From positions 3,534,001-3,598,000 of the forward strand of contig OZ361259.1 in assembly GCA_977018835.1 (NCBI GenBank): a stretch of DNA of 64,000 nucleotides. Direction: 5' to 3'. The stretch comes from Minutocellus sp. GHC0000111. Lineage: Eukaryota. Made by a program: the position numbers and the translations under genes. Of the stretch, positions 1 to 12,939 are shown in pieces (position 1 is the first letter of the stretch; each line of letters starts with the position of its first letter). The notes beneath the pieces were generated by a model. It saw only the letters and a program-made list of their open reading frames with translations, was not told the origin of the DNA and made no database searches.

Positions 1-98
1 GGGAATTCACCTCATGGCCACGTGATGCCGATAGGGAGGGAAATGCCAGATACGGACTGCCGGTTCTAGACACGGAAGATTTTGGTCTGGTATATGCC

Positions 99-629
99 AT
101 GTCGTTGGCGGAAGACGAGGCCAACGCAATGGCGGAAGAAGGGGATGGTAGCGGGGATGAGGAATCCACGCCGTCACTTCGTCGTAATGCACCTAGCCGA
201 CTGTCGCGTGGAGCCGCCGACAATCCGTATGTGCTGGATGTCAATGGCGTGGAGGGTCTCAATCGCCAGATTGTCGGTCCGCGAAAGCACGCCGTCGTCT
301 TTTGCAGTGCCTTATGGTGCCGCACTTGCCGATCGCGCAAGCCCAAATATGACAAGATTGCAAGAGAAGCCGGTGATGATAACGGAAATCACGGCAAAGA
401 AGAGATAGCATTCGCAGAAGCGGATACCACAGGTACACAAGGCAAAATTCTTTTTTGATATCTGGACGTTGAGGCGGTGCCTGCTTTTGTTTAGTTCAAG
501 TCTGGAAAAATCTATGGCGAGCTTTTATCGATATTTCGGCTACCATCTAAGAAGGTCAATCTGGCGGTCGAGCTTCTCCGATCTGGCCAAGAATACGATG
601 CCAAAGCAATTGATGCGCTGGAGCGATAA
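99..629 (+). pseudogene. Thioredoxin-like protein (WCRTC), interrupted by two in-frame stops
   Basis: The motif VVFCSALWCRTC is present. The same frame continues past TGA (456-458) and TAG (492-494) as YLDVEAVPAFV*FKSGKIYGE...ALER* (TAA 627-629), matching the thioredoxin cis-Pro strand VPAF.FKxG. The 5' end may lie outside the window. Confidence 0.75.
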
Positions 630-1269
630 TAACACAAATAAATTATGTGAAGCAATGTTTTACTGGCAGGTAGTGAACGACAATATATATGCACTTGCTG
701 GTGCTATAGCTCGAGGATTATCTCTTCACAAGCGATCGAGACTCCACTTTAAACGTGGTTCCAAAGAGGAAAGGGCTAGCTACGTAGGGTACTTGTAGTG
801 GAGGAAGCCAAGTCTCATTTGATTTGGAGACTGGCCGATGCTCCGAGGGGAATGGATTCAGAGCCCGTCATCATTCGAGTAGGGAATGTGGACACTGCGA
901 GCAATTCCGAGGTTACAGGGGTGGCACTGAACATCACTACGAATAAGAAAGACGAAAATTAACTAACTATCGGTGAATTGCCTCAAACCTATTGATCTTG
1001 TCCCCTCAGATGACAAATCGACGAACGTTGACGTACTAGTAGATTCTAAAATGGAAGTTTATGTTACTGCTTACCAATACAAAAAATCATCGAGCTCTTC
1101 ATTGTGCAGCCTCCACGTATATCGGCCGATCGTCTAAGCCCCACGATACTACTACCCGTAGTAGCATCTACTTCCCGGGCTGGAAAGGCACTGCCATACT
1201 ATGCGTTGAGATTGAGAACACAAATAGTAAAAAAGGCCCGAATCAGCAGCATCGGCACAGACTGTCAAT

Positions 1270-1312
1270 CGTCATCATCATCATCTTCTTCTTCTTCTTC
1301 ATCTTCTTGTTC
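1270..1312 (+). repeat. (TCA)n(TCT)n trinucleotide microsatellite
   Basis: cgtcatcatcatcatcttcttcttcttcttcatcttctt. Confidence 0.8.
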
Positions 1313-1402
1313 ATGTAATACCGGTAATCCACCCACCGTCCACTTCGGTCCAGCGCAGTCCCCAAGGCGGTAGATTCGAACGTAATGGCAGACCCATCGT
1401 CA

Positions 1403-1795
1403 TCAGACCAGGTCGACCAGACGGCCGACGGTCTCCACGCTGCGAGCCTCGGCCTGCTCCCTCTGGCTGCGAGACTCGGCCAGCATGGTCTCGAGGCGGC
1501 TGACCTTGGCGCGGACGGAAATGAGGTCGCTGGACAGGGTGGCCTTCTCGTCGCGGAGGGCCGACATACCGGTCTCCATCTCGGTGCGGAATGGGACGAG
1601 ACCACTGGCCAGGGTGGAGGTGTGCTCGACGAGCTGACGGAGATCCTCCACCTCGCGGCGGGTAAGGGCGTTCGACGCGATCATGGACATCTCCAGCAGC
1701 GCACCGGCGCCGGCACCGGCGACGCCGGCAGTGGCGGCAGCAGTGTCGTCCTGGTTGGCAGGGGTGGCGTCAGGGGAAGAGTTTGCGTCAGACAT
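1403..1795 (-). CDS. Hypothetical small coiled-coil protein (130 aa)
   Basis: ATG-started ORF with GC-rich third positions and a heptad-like C-terminal half (LRDEKATLSSDLISVRAKVSRLETML). Confidence 0.55.
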   Translation of the reverse strand: MSDANSSPDATPANQDDTAAATAGVAGAGAGALLEMSMIASNALTRREVEDLRQLVEHTSTLASGLVPFRTEMETGMSALRDEKATLSSDLISVRAKVSRLETMLAESRSQREQAEARSVETVGRLVDLV

Positions 1796-2678
1796 AATTG
1801 GTGTTGCTTTTGGATCGGTGGTTGGGGTTGGGGTTCCGAGATTGATTCCGAGCGAGAGTTGACGCCCGTTTTTATTTTAGAGTTGGTACGTAGCCTTGTA
1901 CGTACCGTTAGTTTTCTTCTATTTTTTCCAAGAATTTGGGATAAAATGTCGAAAATTACAAAGTTCTTCGTCCTTCCGTCGTTGGTTCGCTGCTGCTGCT
2001 GCAGTACCTCTCATTCTTTGCTGACTTGCCTGCCGGTAGAGAAGCCAGCTACCATACATATTTTTATTGCAGCTGCAGCGTCGTTCATTCTTTGGTACAA
2101 ACGGAACTGTGGGGCGATTGATGACAGTCACCTCGAGCGAGGAGAAGACGAGATGATTGGTTCGATTCATTCTTCCGTTCGATTCGCTCCTCCTTGAAAC
2201 TTTAAGTTCCAAGATATGCCACGAACGCGAGCGAGCAACAAGGCAAACCTGCTGCTCCCCGCCGGCGTGGGCAACAAGTGTCAACTTGCACTGACTGAAA
2301 GGGATATCATTCTTGACATCATAGATAAATCGACAAAGGTACGATCGAATGGGATCGAATCGAATCTTTTGCATATATGTCAAGGGGTGGTGATGAGTCC
2401 GGCAGAGGGCTGACGAGAGGTTTGTGTCGTCAAAGGTTGTGAGTGAATGAAGATAGAATGACCGTCTGATCATGAATGTGTGTGGTGCTTACTGTACCAT
2501 ACCATGGTCATTCAAGACTCACTCGTTCAAAATGCATCACAAGCATGTGGGAGCAGCGGAGGTTCACAAGATGCAGTACGCTACCTAAAGGCACATTACC
2601 GTTCGTAAGTTGGAGTATGGCAAGGAGGAGGAAGTAGAGCCTGCCTGGGGTAGGCGAATCTTTGGCTGCCCGCCAACC

Positions 2679-5600
2679 ATGCAGCGGCAGTGGCTATGCC
2701 GGCACCATCTTGTTCTCGAGTATGCCTCAAATCTGTGTGGCGCCGTATGTGCAATCTACTATTCCATCAGCCTACCTCTCCGCCTGGCCTTTGTTCCGGA
2801 CTTTTGCTTCCGCTGTGGTCCTCACCATGCCGCCTTCATTATCCTGGATGCACTGGCCACGGCAGTTCTTCTTTGGAAGGCTCTGGATATGCATGTGCTT
2901 CGGACGGCCCGTGCCGAGGCTAGAGTGTTACCCGTCGTGACTGCTGATGGCCTCCTCTCCAGGGAATCCAAGGGATCACGACGACGTCCACGCCCAGTAC
3001 AGTATCGATGCCGACCGCTAATGTCGGCTCCGTTTCTGTTTGCATTCCTATCAGCATTCCCATTGGAGTATGTGGCCTTGATATTTACCAGTAGCGTTGC
3101 AAGCACCATCCCGACCAACTATCTGCTCCTCAACCGGACCTTGATGCTATTTGATCTGCCAAGACATCTGTCCAACATATCCTCTCTGCTCGGACAGGCG
3201 GGAATCCTCAAGAATATTGGCGCCCATCGTGCGTGGAAGCTCTTTTTTGCCATGGCATTGGCGGGCCATTGGTGCGGCTGTGGCTTCTTCTTGGTGGCCA
3301 AGAGCCAAGCCATCCAAGGCAATCCCTACACGTGGCCGGAGGAGATGGGGATATACCAACATGCGAGTACTGCTACTAGTAGTGAATCTCAGGCTGGTGG
3401 TGATACTGGCTCGGTGCTGATGCTCGCGGATTCTCGGGAGGCCTACATCCAATCTCTGTACTGGGCCTACATTACCATGATAACGACAGGATTTGGAGAC
3501 ATCGTCCCCCTGTCCACGGCGGAGACGGTATGGTGCATCCTTTCCATGTACGTCGGCGTCATCATCACGACGTTGGCCATTGCCAATCTGCAGCTGCTGG
3601 TTACCAACATGGATGCCGCCTTGACCAACTTTCAACGAAAGATGGAGCGGATCAAGATGTATATGGCCTATCGGCAACTACCGACGCAGTTGGCCAATCG
3701 CATCGTGAGCTTTTACGATTATCAGTGGGATCTGCTCAGGGGTGCCGACGAGGAGCAGATCCTCGGAGAGCTACCGAGATCGCTGCAGCAGCGGGTGGCC
3801 AACTTTATGTGCCGAGATCTCGTGGCGTCCATCCCCTTCCTTCGCAAGGCCAACAATGCGCTGCTCAATGCTCTGGCCGAGAGTGCCGAGTACAATCTCA
3901 ACATCTACTCGCCCAACGATGACATCCTCAAGCCCGGACAGCGCATCAAGGGCACCCTTCTCATTTCTCGTGGCGAGGTGGAGATACTCCGGCCGGTTGG
4001 TGACAACGAAGGAAATGGTGGTGGCGAAACCATCGTCGAACGGAAGCTGCAGTCCTTCGATCGATTTGCCGAGGAGAGCTTGTTCGTTCCCAGGGTATGC
4101 GATCAATACGTTCGAGCCAAGACCTTTTGCGAAGTATTTTTGCTCCCCGCAGATGATTTCCAGCACATTATTGCGAGCCAGTGCGACGATGCTCACATTG
4201 CGCACATGCGAGAGACGGCGCTGGCCCTTGCCAAGAGTTCTGCCAAGGTCAATAAGATGTTTGGATCGGGCGAGGATGCCGTCGTGCTTCGAGGAATCAA
4301 GAAGCATTGCCTGCCCACTAGCACCTTTCGCAGACTCTGGTCCGTCCTTCAGCTATTGGGAGTAGTATATTACATCTGGACGCTTCCACTATCCATGATG
4401 CACTTCTTTCAGCCGACGGCAGGGGAGGGAACCTTTTCTGGTGGTGCCGTGATGTTTTCGTGTGGTTACGTCGTCGATGTCTTCTTCCTCGTTAATCTCA
4501 TTTTGACATCCAGCTACTTTGTCTATCTCGAGCAGGGATTGGTCGTCTTCGACAGCGAGCGAATTCGGCAAGAGTTTTACCGAACCCATCGACTTGGGCT
4601 GGAGGCCATTGCGGCTGTTCCATTGGAGGTACTTTTGCTGGTGCCGGCCATGTCCTCTTATTGTCACTTCTTCCGAATGAACAAGCTACTGCGACTGCCA
4701 AAGATATTCCGATACACTCGTGGCGTGGAACGAGCCCTCGCCGATCTCAAGGTTCGTCTCAATCAGTCGGCCACTCGGGTATTCAAGCTCAACTTTGTCA
4801 TGGTCGTGGTCTGCCATTGGGTTGCCTGTCTGTGGTATACATGTGCTGATTTCGCCGTCCGTGCTGGAGCGGCTGACAATTGGAGGGATGCCGACGAGGC
4901 CGACGAGACCTTGGCAATCGATCACGAGCATCTGGGAGGGTCGGGATATCTGCGAGCAATTTACTGGGCGATTGTTGGCATGTCGACGGTCGGTTACGGT
5001 AAGTTCCTTGGGGCGACTGTGAGGCAGAACAAAGACTGGTTACGGGCGGAAGCGGGAGGCAACATGGCCTCACAAATCGCAATATCGAGCACACTCTCTC
5101 ATCATATTGAATGTCATTTGCCATAATCCAATTTTCTTTCTCCACCACAAACTCTCTCGAATCACTGCAGGCGACATTGTGCCCACCAATCTCTACGAGA
5201 CGACGTTCTCGGCGCTGATCATTCTATTCGGTGGTCTCGTCCTCCCAGCTGTTGTCGGTGGCCTCGCCGCCTATTTAGGCAATTTTAATGTGGCCGTCAA
5301 GATCCACTGGAACAAGCTGGCCCGAGTTCGTTCCTATATGCGCAACGCGAGGATGGACCCAGCCTTGGTGCAACGAGTTCTTCGTTTCTACGACTATCTT
5401 TGGTGTCGTCAGGGCGGAGTCGACGAGGAGGCCGTCATGGAGGAGTTGCCTGGACCCATCCGACAACGTGTTGCAATGCACGTCAATGGGGCCGTCATTG
5501 ACTCGGTCCCCTTCTTTGCCCTCTGTGATGATACGGCCAAGCAGCTCATTGTGTCCATTCTCAAGCCCAAGACGTTTCTGCCCTCGGACGTGATTGCTCG

Positions 5601-8600
5601 GCAGGGTGAGATTGGCACAGAGCTCTTCCTCATTGAGCGAGGACAGGTATTAGTTTCATCACAGGACGGGTCCATACCGTACTGCACTCTTGGCAAGGGA
5701 GATTACTTTGGCGAGAGCTGTCTGCTGGGTGCGACGGTTCGGGTTGCCACCGTAACTGCCCTGACGTACTGCGATTGCTTCGTCTTGAGCAAGGATGACT
5801 ACAACGAGGTCATGTCGGCCTATCAGGCACCCACAAGGCACAATATTGACAACGCCGTGGCCGACGCCGTCCATCGCAAGACACGACGGAACAAAAGTAT
5901 CAGCCGCAACATTACTGAATTCCCGAAATGTCGCCGTCAAACCGTCTCCGAGACGCTCGCCGAGGTGACAATGACATCGCCAGGCCTGACGGCTAGATTT
6001 TTGCCCGGAGCATCCAGATTTCGGACCATCTGGGATATCATCATGTTACTCATCTACAGCTACAACGCCTGGACGATACCATTCCGATTGGCCTTCTTGA
6101 CCCGTCCACTATACTACTCCATCGACTGGGCCCTTGACATTTGTCTCATTGCCGACTCTGTCCTCAACTATCGCGACTTTGGTCTCGTCCTTGAGGGCGA
6201 GCTCGTAACGAAACGAGAGCACATCAAGCGACACTACCACCGAACGCGCTTCAAGACCGACGTGGTGTCATCTTTGCCATTGGATGTTCTGACATATCTC
6301 GTCCTTGGCCGCCAAAATGATTCAGAAGAGGCAACCACCACCCTCCTTGTTGTCATGGCCCTGATGAGACTGCCCAAACTTCTTCGTCTTGGTCGGCTAC
6401 CTGAGATTTTGAACAGTATCTTTCGCACCCTCGAGGATACGAGGCTTAGCCTGGCACCGATGAGACTCGTGGAATTTCTACTCGGTGTCATTTTGGTGGC
6501 CCATTGGGCTGCCTGCGGCTTCTTTGCCTTTGCCCGATGGAAGAATGATTGGTCCCTGTGCACCGCCGATACAACTACTAGTAGTGCAGCAAGCACAGAT
6601 CTCGCAGATAGTAGCACTGCCGATTTGGATTGGGCCGACGCACACACGGCATGTCTTTGGAGTGGGACCTGGATTCAACGCCAGATTCAGAATGGCAAGC
6701 TCCCCGCTACCAACGGTGGGGGCGATTTGTGGCAGCTGTATATTCGATCCTTCAACTGGGCCCTCCCGACGCTGGTGGTGGTGGTCATTGGCGACGTGGT
6801 TCCCATCACCAGTGCCGAAACTCTCTACGTCTTTCTTTGGATCGTCGTCGGCGTGTCGATCAATGCCACCTTTATTGGGAACGTCGCCAACATCGTGGCC
6901 AACCTCGAGACAGATTCCACCGAGTTCATCGAACGGCTCGATGCCATCAAGAGCTTTATGCACCGCAGCCGTCTTGGTCCGACCCTGCAAGGACGTGTGG
7001 AGAATTTCATGACCTATCTGTGGACGACACGGGGAATCGAAAACAATGCTAGTGGCGGGGAACGAGGGATGTCGCTCGGCGACGACGACAGCTTCATCCG
7101 TTCCCTGCCGTACACTCTCCAACTTGATCTGACCAAATCCAGACAACGACACATCCGTCATTGTCCCTTTTTTGACTTTTGCAGCGATGAGATCATCAAG
7201 GCTTTGACTCTTTGTCTCAAGTTGCGCATCTTCTCTGCCAACGATATCCTCGTCCACGCCGATGACATGGGGCAAGAGATGTTCTTCTTGGAACGGGGTA
7301 CCGTTGAGGTGGTATCTCGAGACGGTAAGACGATCTTTGCCACGCTCATGAGCGGCTCTTTCTTCGGTGAGACGTCGCTCTTCTTCAAGCGGAAGCGAAA
7401 CAGTACCATTCGAGCGGCCACGTTTTGCGAGGTTTATCAGCTGGACAAGACCGACCTCGACCGAGAGCTGAAGCAACGTGACTTTGACCTTTCGAGGATG
7501 CTGAATGTGTTTACTTCCATTGCCGATAGCAACAGGCGACGGAACGATGCCGTGACGTCCAACCTGGAGGCCAGTAGGATCCAAGGGTCCAAGCTGAACA
7601 AGCTCATCGACGCCGACGAACCTCTAGTTGCAGCGGCGAGACCAATTCGTGCAATGTTTCTCCCCAACTCCTTGTTTAGAACGATTTGGGATATACTGTC
7701 GCTGTTCTTTACGATTTACTACGCGGTGAGCATCCCCTATCGGATTGCCTTTGTACCAGAGGACATGTCGCCGGATCATCAAAATGAAATGAGAGCTCGT
7801 TCATTGACCTGGCTGGGAGTTGATTTTGCCATCGATTCCTTCTTCATCGTGGATCTGTATCTACGGAGTCGATGCTTTGCTACCATCGAGCAAGGTTCCT
7901 TGGCTAAGGACGAAAAATCCATCTCCTCCAACTACTCATCAAATGGCATGGTCCTAGATATCGTATCGTGCCTACCGCTGGAAGTACTCGTCTTTTGGCT
8001 CGGTCCTAATCGAACGCTCTTGCAGCGTCTCTACTTTTTGAGGATTGGTCACTTCCTGCGAGCAAGAAGACTCCCCGACTACCTTGGCCGTGTCGATTCC
8101 TACCTGACTTTTCGGGGCATACGGATAAGTGCCGCAACCGTCCTGCTCTTCAAGATGTTCTTCTTTTATGCCACGACCAATCACTGGCTGGCTTGTGGAT
8201 GGTTCATCATCCATCGTTATATCGAGCGCAACGTACGGTATACTTGGGCAACCACCGATTGTCCCGGCGGCGATGACTATGGGGCTGGGGCTGGTTTTGA
8301 CGCTGACGCCGACTACGGCTATGGTTGCTTGGCTGCGTGGGATAATGAGTTGGGTCAGCACAATGTCTGCAACAGCGAGAGCATGGCCACATGCTACATC
8401 CGTTCCTTTTATCTGGTCATCACGACGATCTCAACGGTAGGCTATGGAGACATTTCCCCGGTGACTCCGCTCGAGACCATCTACGAGAATGTGGTGGTGC
8501 TGACCGGCGCCTGTTTCTTCGCTGGCATCATCGGCGCCTTCTCGGCGTGGCTATCCAAAAGCGATACGGCCGGTTCCAACGCCTTCAAGCTCAAGCATCA

Positions 8601-9648
8601 GACCCTCATCAAGTACATGGCCTGTCGCACCTTCCCATCGGACCTTCAAGATGAGATCCTCGCCTACCACGGGCATCGGTGGGATCGGTCGGCTGCCATT
8701 GATGACAAGAAAGCTCTCCTCGGTATACTTCCTCTCCCTCTGCAGATGGACTTGTCGTATGAGGTGGTGAGAAGCGTTATCGAGAGCATGCCCTTTCTTG
8801 CAAATTACCCCCTGATTGTGCAGAAGCGCATCGCTCACGCCCTTCGAGTCCAGGTTTGTCCACCAAGATCTACCATATACACCGTCGGTGACATAGGGTG
8901 GGATGTGTATCTGATCAGTAAGGGCGTTGTGTCCATCACTCTGCCCGATGATACGTCAGTACTCGACGCCGCCGGCAGAGCCAACGCGGCAAGGTTGAGA
9001 CGGAAGCGGGATGCCATCGGCAGTCTGTACCGACCTGGCAATCACTTTGGAGAGTCCTGCATTACAAGCGAGTCTGGTGTGCGACAAGAGACGGCGGTGT
9101 CTGATAGTGCCGTCGAGCTTTGCCTTGTTAGCAAGGCAGAATTGGAAGCGATATGGCAATACATGCCCGTGAAGCAGAAGGACCGTTTCACCAACGATCT
9201 ACTCTCCCGCAATGGGAATACCCTCCATTCGTTCGAGGGGGACGACGATGACGGTGGCAGTACCAGCACCTGTACAAGTGTCAACGTCGATCCAGGTTCA
9301 CCACCCACTTCTACATCTATGGGCGATCGCGGGAGCAGTGAGTGCGAAAGTGGTGGCGGCACGAACGACTGTCGTCCCTTTTCTCCTCGGACTCTTAGGA
9401 GAAGAAGGATCGGTGGCATGAGACAAGGCCGTCTCAAGAGCTTCTCTGCAGCAGCATTCGAGAGCGCCTCTCCTCTCTCAAAGTCCACAAGAAGGCACGA
9501 TGAGGCTGAACAGGTCAAGGATGAAGCGGAGGCCCAGGTGTTTGGCATCGAGATAAGCCGGCTTTTCACGATGCAGGCAGGAGAAAGGCCGGCTTATCAA
9601 TCGCGAAGAACATCAATCGCCGAGGGGAGTGACGGAGAATCAGGTTGA
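2679..9648 (+). CDS. Four-repeat (4 x [6TM + C-linker + CNBD]) cyclic-nucleotide-binding-domain cation/K+ channel, CNGK-like, about 2265 aa; exons 2679-4998 and 5171-9648
   Basis: Splicing the GT-AG intron 4999-5170 restores STVGYG|DIVP. There are four pore motifs (TTGFGD, TVGYGD, VVIGD, TVGYGD), four C-linker/CNBD modules (FAEESL, FGESCL, FGETSL, FGESCI) and S4-like segments (RMNKLLRLPK, RLPKLLRLGR, RIGHFLRARR). The start codon is uncertain; 2679 is the first in-frame ATG. Confidence 0.92.
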
Positions 9649-10002
9649 CGGGTGCGATCGGAGGAACCAAAAACGGATCATGGTCCTCAATGCTGGCACG
9701 AAACGTTTTGCATAGATCTACATGCATGTCCCAAAATATCTTCATTTAGTAGTTTTACATTGTACCCTGTATAGCATCTATCTAACGTAGAATATGCGTT
9801 GCATTCCCAATAGCAATTGAACAAAAAAAGAAATAGACCTTCCGCTGCCGCTCGGCCGCTGCTGCTGCCGATTGTCCTCTCTGCGCATCCTCTCCGACCG
9901 GGCCCGCTGAGACAGCTACGGTGACTACTACTTCTTCATGCAACACATTCACCGATGTTTGGTGATGCATTCGATACACGTAGACACGTAGGGCCCACTA
10001 CT

Positions 10003-11482
10003 CTAGTCGGACCCTCCACCGCCGCCGCGGGCCGGAGACATCAAACTGAGAAGAAGAGCCTCCTGCGAGTCGGTCCAACCGTCCATTGGGTCCTCGTCGA
10101 CTTCACGATAACTGCTGCCACCATCGCCACCACCACCACCCGTACCACCGCCTCCCCACTCAGCGTCGATGCCCACATTTCCCATCTCCCCATGGCCGCC
10201 GGCCATTGTGCCTCCGCCACCACCACCACCAAAGCCACCAATACCACCGGTACCGATGTTCATCCCGGGCTCCGCCACGGTGCCCGCATCCTCCGTCGAT
10301 GGCTGCTGGGTCTGGATCTGGACCTGGTACTGCCCGACGGTGGTGGCCTGGGCGACTGGCTGGTGGTGGTACTGCTGCTGCTGGGACGGCTGGAACTGGA
10401 ACTGGAGCTGGTCGGTGGTGCCAGCGCTGCCGTGCGGCTGGAGGGTGGACTGGCCCAGTCCGAGTCCATTCCCGGCCGACTCCTGCTCCTGGTGCTGATA
10501 CTGGCCGGCCAATGCCGAGGGCATGACGGGCATGACAGGCTGGGCCGGGCCGGTTGGGACGGGGGACGATCCGCTGCTGCTGCTGCTGCCGGTGGCGGGA
10601 GTATTGGCGAAGGGAGGTGTGACGAGGTTGGCCGGCGTCTGCTGCTGCTGCTGCTGCATGAATGCCTGCATCGTAGCTTGGGCGGCAGCTTGGGCAGCAG
10701 CTTGGACAGCGGCAAAGGCAGCAGGGTCCATGCCGATGGGAGTCGTCGCCATCTGGTGCGAGAGGAACGGGAGGGGCGGAGGGGCCATGGCCGATGCGCC
10801 ACCCGGGACGGAGACCATGGCGCTGGAAGCAATGGGACCATCGAGGCGGCGTCTCTTGCTGGCGTTGGACTGGTCGCCGCCGCCGACGACGATGGCGTTG
10901 GTGCTGGCATCGGCACGGGCGGCCGAAGCGCCAGCCGCAGCAGCGTCCGACTGCTGCTTCTGGGCCTCGATCTCCGCGCGGCGCTGCAGAGAGAAGGTGA
11001 TGACAATTAATGAATTGTTTGTGCGTGTGTTAGTTTTCTTTGCGACACGTTACAATTAAAATATAAATACAGAACATGTATGTAATGTGTGTGTTGTGTC
11101 GCATTCTCACCTTTTTCAATTCCTTGCTGGTGGGATGGTTCTTCGCGTAGGTTTCGATCGTTTCGCCGTCCCCGAAGCCACAAATGTGGACGAACTCGTA
11201 CAACTTCTTGGTCTTGTCGGGCTGGCTCCAGTCCCACCCGCTGGCCTTCATGGACTTCTTCATCGTATCCCAATCCGACCGGCCGGGATACACCTCCCTG
11301 ATCTTGGCAAAGAACTTGTCCAGGTCGGGAATAACGAACTTGCCGTCGCGGTACTCGATCAGTCCGTCGAAGGCGGGGTTGAGGCAAACCTCGTAATAGA
11401 GGAACTCCGACCACCTCCAACTGCCAAGGTCGACATTGGCGTATTTGCCAAGGAAGGATGCCGCTACTAGGAGGTTGCTCAT
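10003..11482 (-). CDS. Putative transcription factor: divergent HSF-like winged-helix domain plus Q/P/G-rich low-complexity tail; exons 11482-11111 and 10983-10003
   Basis: The intron 11110-10984 (AAG|GTGAGA...CTCTCTGCAG|CGC) joins the two minus-strand ORFs in frame. Exon 1 (FLYYEVCLNPAFDGLIEYRDGKFVIPDLDKF...SMKASGW...YEFVH) follows the spacing of the HSF DNA-binding domain. Exon 2 has poly-Q, poly-G and Ala-rich tracts. Confidence 0.6.
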
Positions 11483-11802
11483 GGTACCGGTATCCGACAC
11501 GAACTGTGCAGTCGAGTCGAGTCGCCTCGGCCAACGGTGAAGTTTTACTAGCTAGGCCTACGTAGTATTGGAGCCGATGAACGTCATCATTACATCATTT
11601 TTATTATTACGACGGCGACTCGTTCGACTGCAGTCGACAGGTGAGACTCATTTGACTGAAACCAGAGGGCTCCGGCGAGCCCTCCGGCCTCACATTTCGG
11701 CACGATGGAGGGCTCCGAGACGTGCTGGTTCCGCAGTTTTGCGGGCCCTTCGGGGCTCACAAATCGCACAATATCAATTTTGTGAAAGCTCTCAAACAAG
11801 GT

Positions 11803-12939
11803 ATGTACCGCTGTATCGTATTGCTTTGCCTCCTCCTGTCTCGTGTTGGTCTGCCTCCTCCTCCTCGCCTCCTCGGGTTCGGGTTCGCTCGTCGGCCTGC
11901 CGGCGACGTTTGGGTGCGGGGGTATGGCCTCCGTTCGGTCGTTGCCGTCGTTCGTCGGTTCGATAGTTCGTCGGTCCGATTTCGGACGTGGGTGGGAATG
12001 GGTGGATTGATGTTGGGCTGCCCCGATTCTGCGGGTGGCGGTGACGTCCTCAAGCCCAACTGCGGCGGCCTCCTCGAGCTCCGCCGCCGCGTCTCGGCCC
12101 GCCGGGAGGCCGTCCGCCAGGAGCGGTTGGCCCCTGTCTACCGTCTCACCAACGTGGGGTCGCACCTTTTGCGTGCCGGTGCCGCCCTCGACGCCCTCGT
12201 CGCCACCGGCCTCGACAACGCCCTCGGTTCCACCGGGGTCCGCGCCAACGGCGGTGCCACTCTGGCTCTGGCTCCCGGTGCCGCCTCGGCCGGTCGTCGT
12301 CGCGGCTCTACCGCCGCCGTCGACGAGGACGGCCAGATCGCGGCCACTCTCAACGGGGGCCACCGCATTGGCGAGCGCGTCATGAACAACGCCCCTGACC
12401 GCGAACGCCGCCTGCGCGACTTGGCCGCCGCCACCGCCTCACCCGCCACCCTCGACGAGTTCCTCCGTCTTGCCACCAGCAATGCCGCCGCCGCCACCGC
12501 CTTCCCCGGCACCCTCGACGAGGTCCCCTCGGCCGAGGTCCGCGCCAACGGTGGTGCCACTCTGGCTCCTCTCGGTGCCGATGCCGCCTTGGCCGGTCGT
12601 CGTGGCGGCTCTGCCGCCGCCGGCGCCAACGGCGCTTTCCTCTTCGGCGCGGAGGAGAAGGATGACGAGGACGCCGAGCTCCAGAGGCTCATCGACGATG
12701 GCGAGGAGTCGACCAGGGAGTTGGCGGGCAGGGCCTTTCTGAGGGCCGATGACGCCGCCATCGATGCTGCCGAGGCGAACGAACGGTCGGCTGCCAACAC
12801 TGAGGCCATCGCCGAGCTCCAGGAGAGGCAGGATGCGTTCGAGGAGGAGATGGAGGAGATTCGTCAGGAGCAGCAGGAGATCCGCCGCCGTCTCCCTCCC
12901 AAGAAGGGCAAGGGCGGCAAGCGCGGCGGAAAGAAGTGA
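11803..12939 (+). CDS. Hypothetical Ala-rich protein with an internal repeat, a C-terminal coiled coil and a basic tail
   Basis: Long ORF with strong GC3 bias from about 12030. VRANGGATLA...GRRxGS occurs twice, 300 bp apart (12237 and 12537). It ends in an acidic coiled coil followed by PPKKGKGGKRGGKK (NLS-like). The start is uncertain. Confidence 0.55.
   Translation: MYRCIVLLCLLLSRVGLPPPPRLLGFGFARRPAGDVWVRGYGLRSVVAVVRRFDSSSVRFRTWVGMGGLMLGCPDSAGGGDVLKPNCGGLLELRRRVSARREAVRQERLAPVYRLTNVGSHLLRAGAALDALVATGLDNALGSTGVRANGGATLALAPGAASAGRRRGSTAAVDEDGQIAATLNGGHRIGERVMNNAPDRERRLRDLAAATASPATLDEFLRLATSNAAAATAFPGTLDEVPSAEVRANGGATLAPLGADAALAGRRGGSAAAGANGAFLFGAEEKDDEDAELQRLIDDGEESTRELAGRAFLRADDAAIDAAEANERSAANTEAIAELQERQDAFEEEMEEIRQEQQEIRRRLPPKKGKGGKRGGKK

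Noticed and set aside
456..494. Stop-codon reassignment explaining the in-frame stops
   Set aside because: Intact genes in the window terminate with TGA, TAA and TAG and use TGG for Trp. The duplicate Bud32 copy shows that the stop is a mutation.
9955..11010. 351-aa plus-strand ORF and similar long antisense ORFs (1385-2197, 6478-7584, 19485-20402, 24609-25898, 55151-55819)
   Set aside because: These are shadow frames of GC3-rich genes on the opposite strand.
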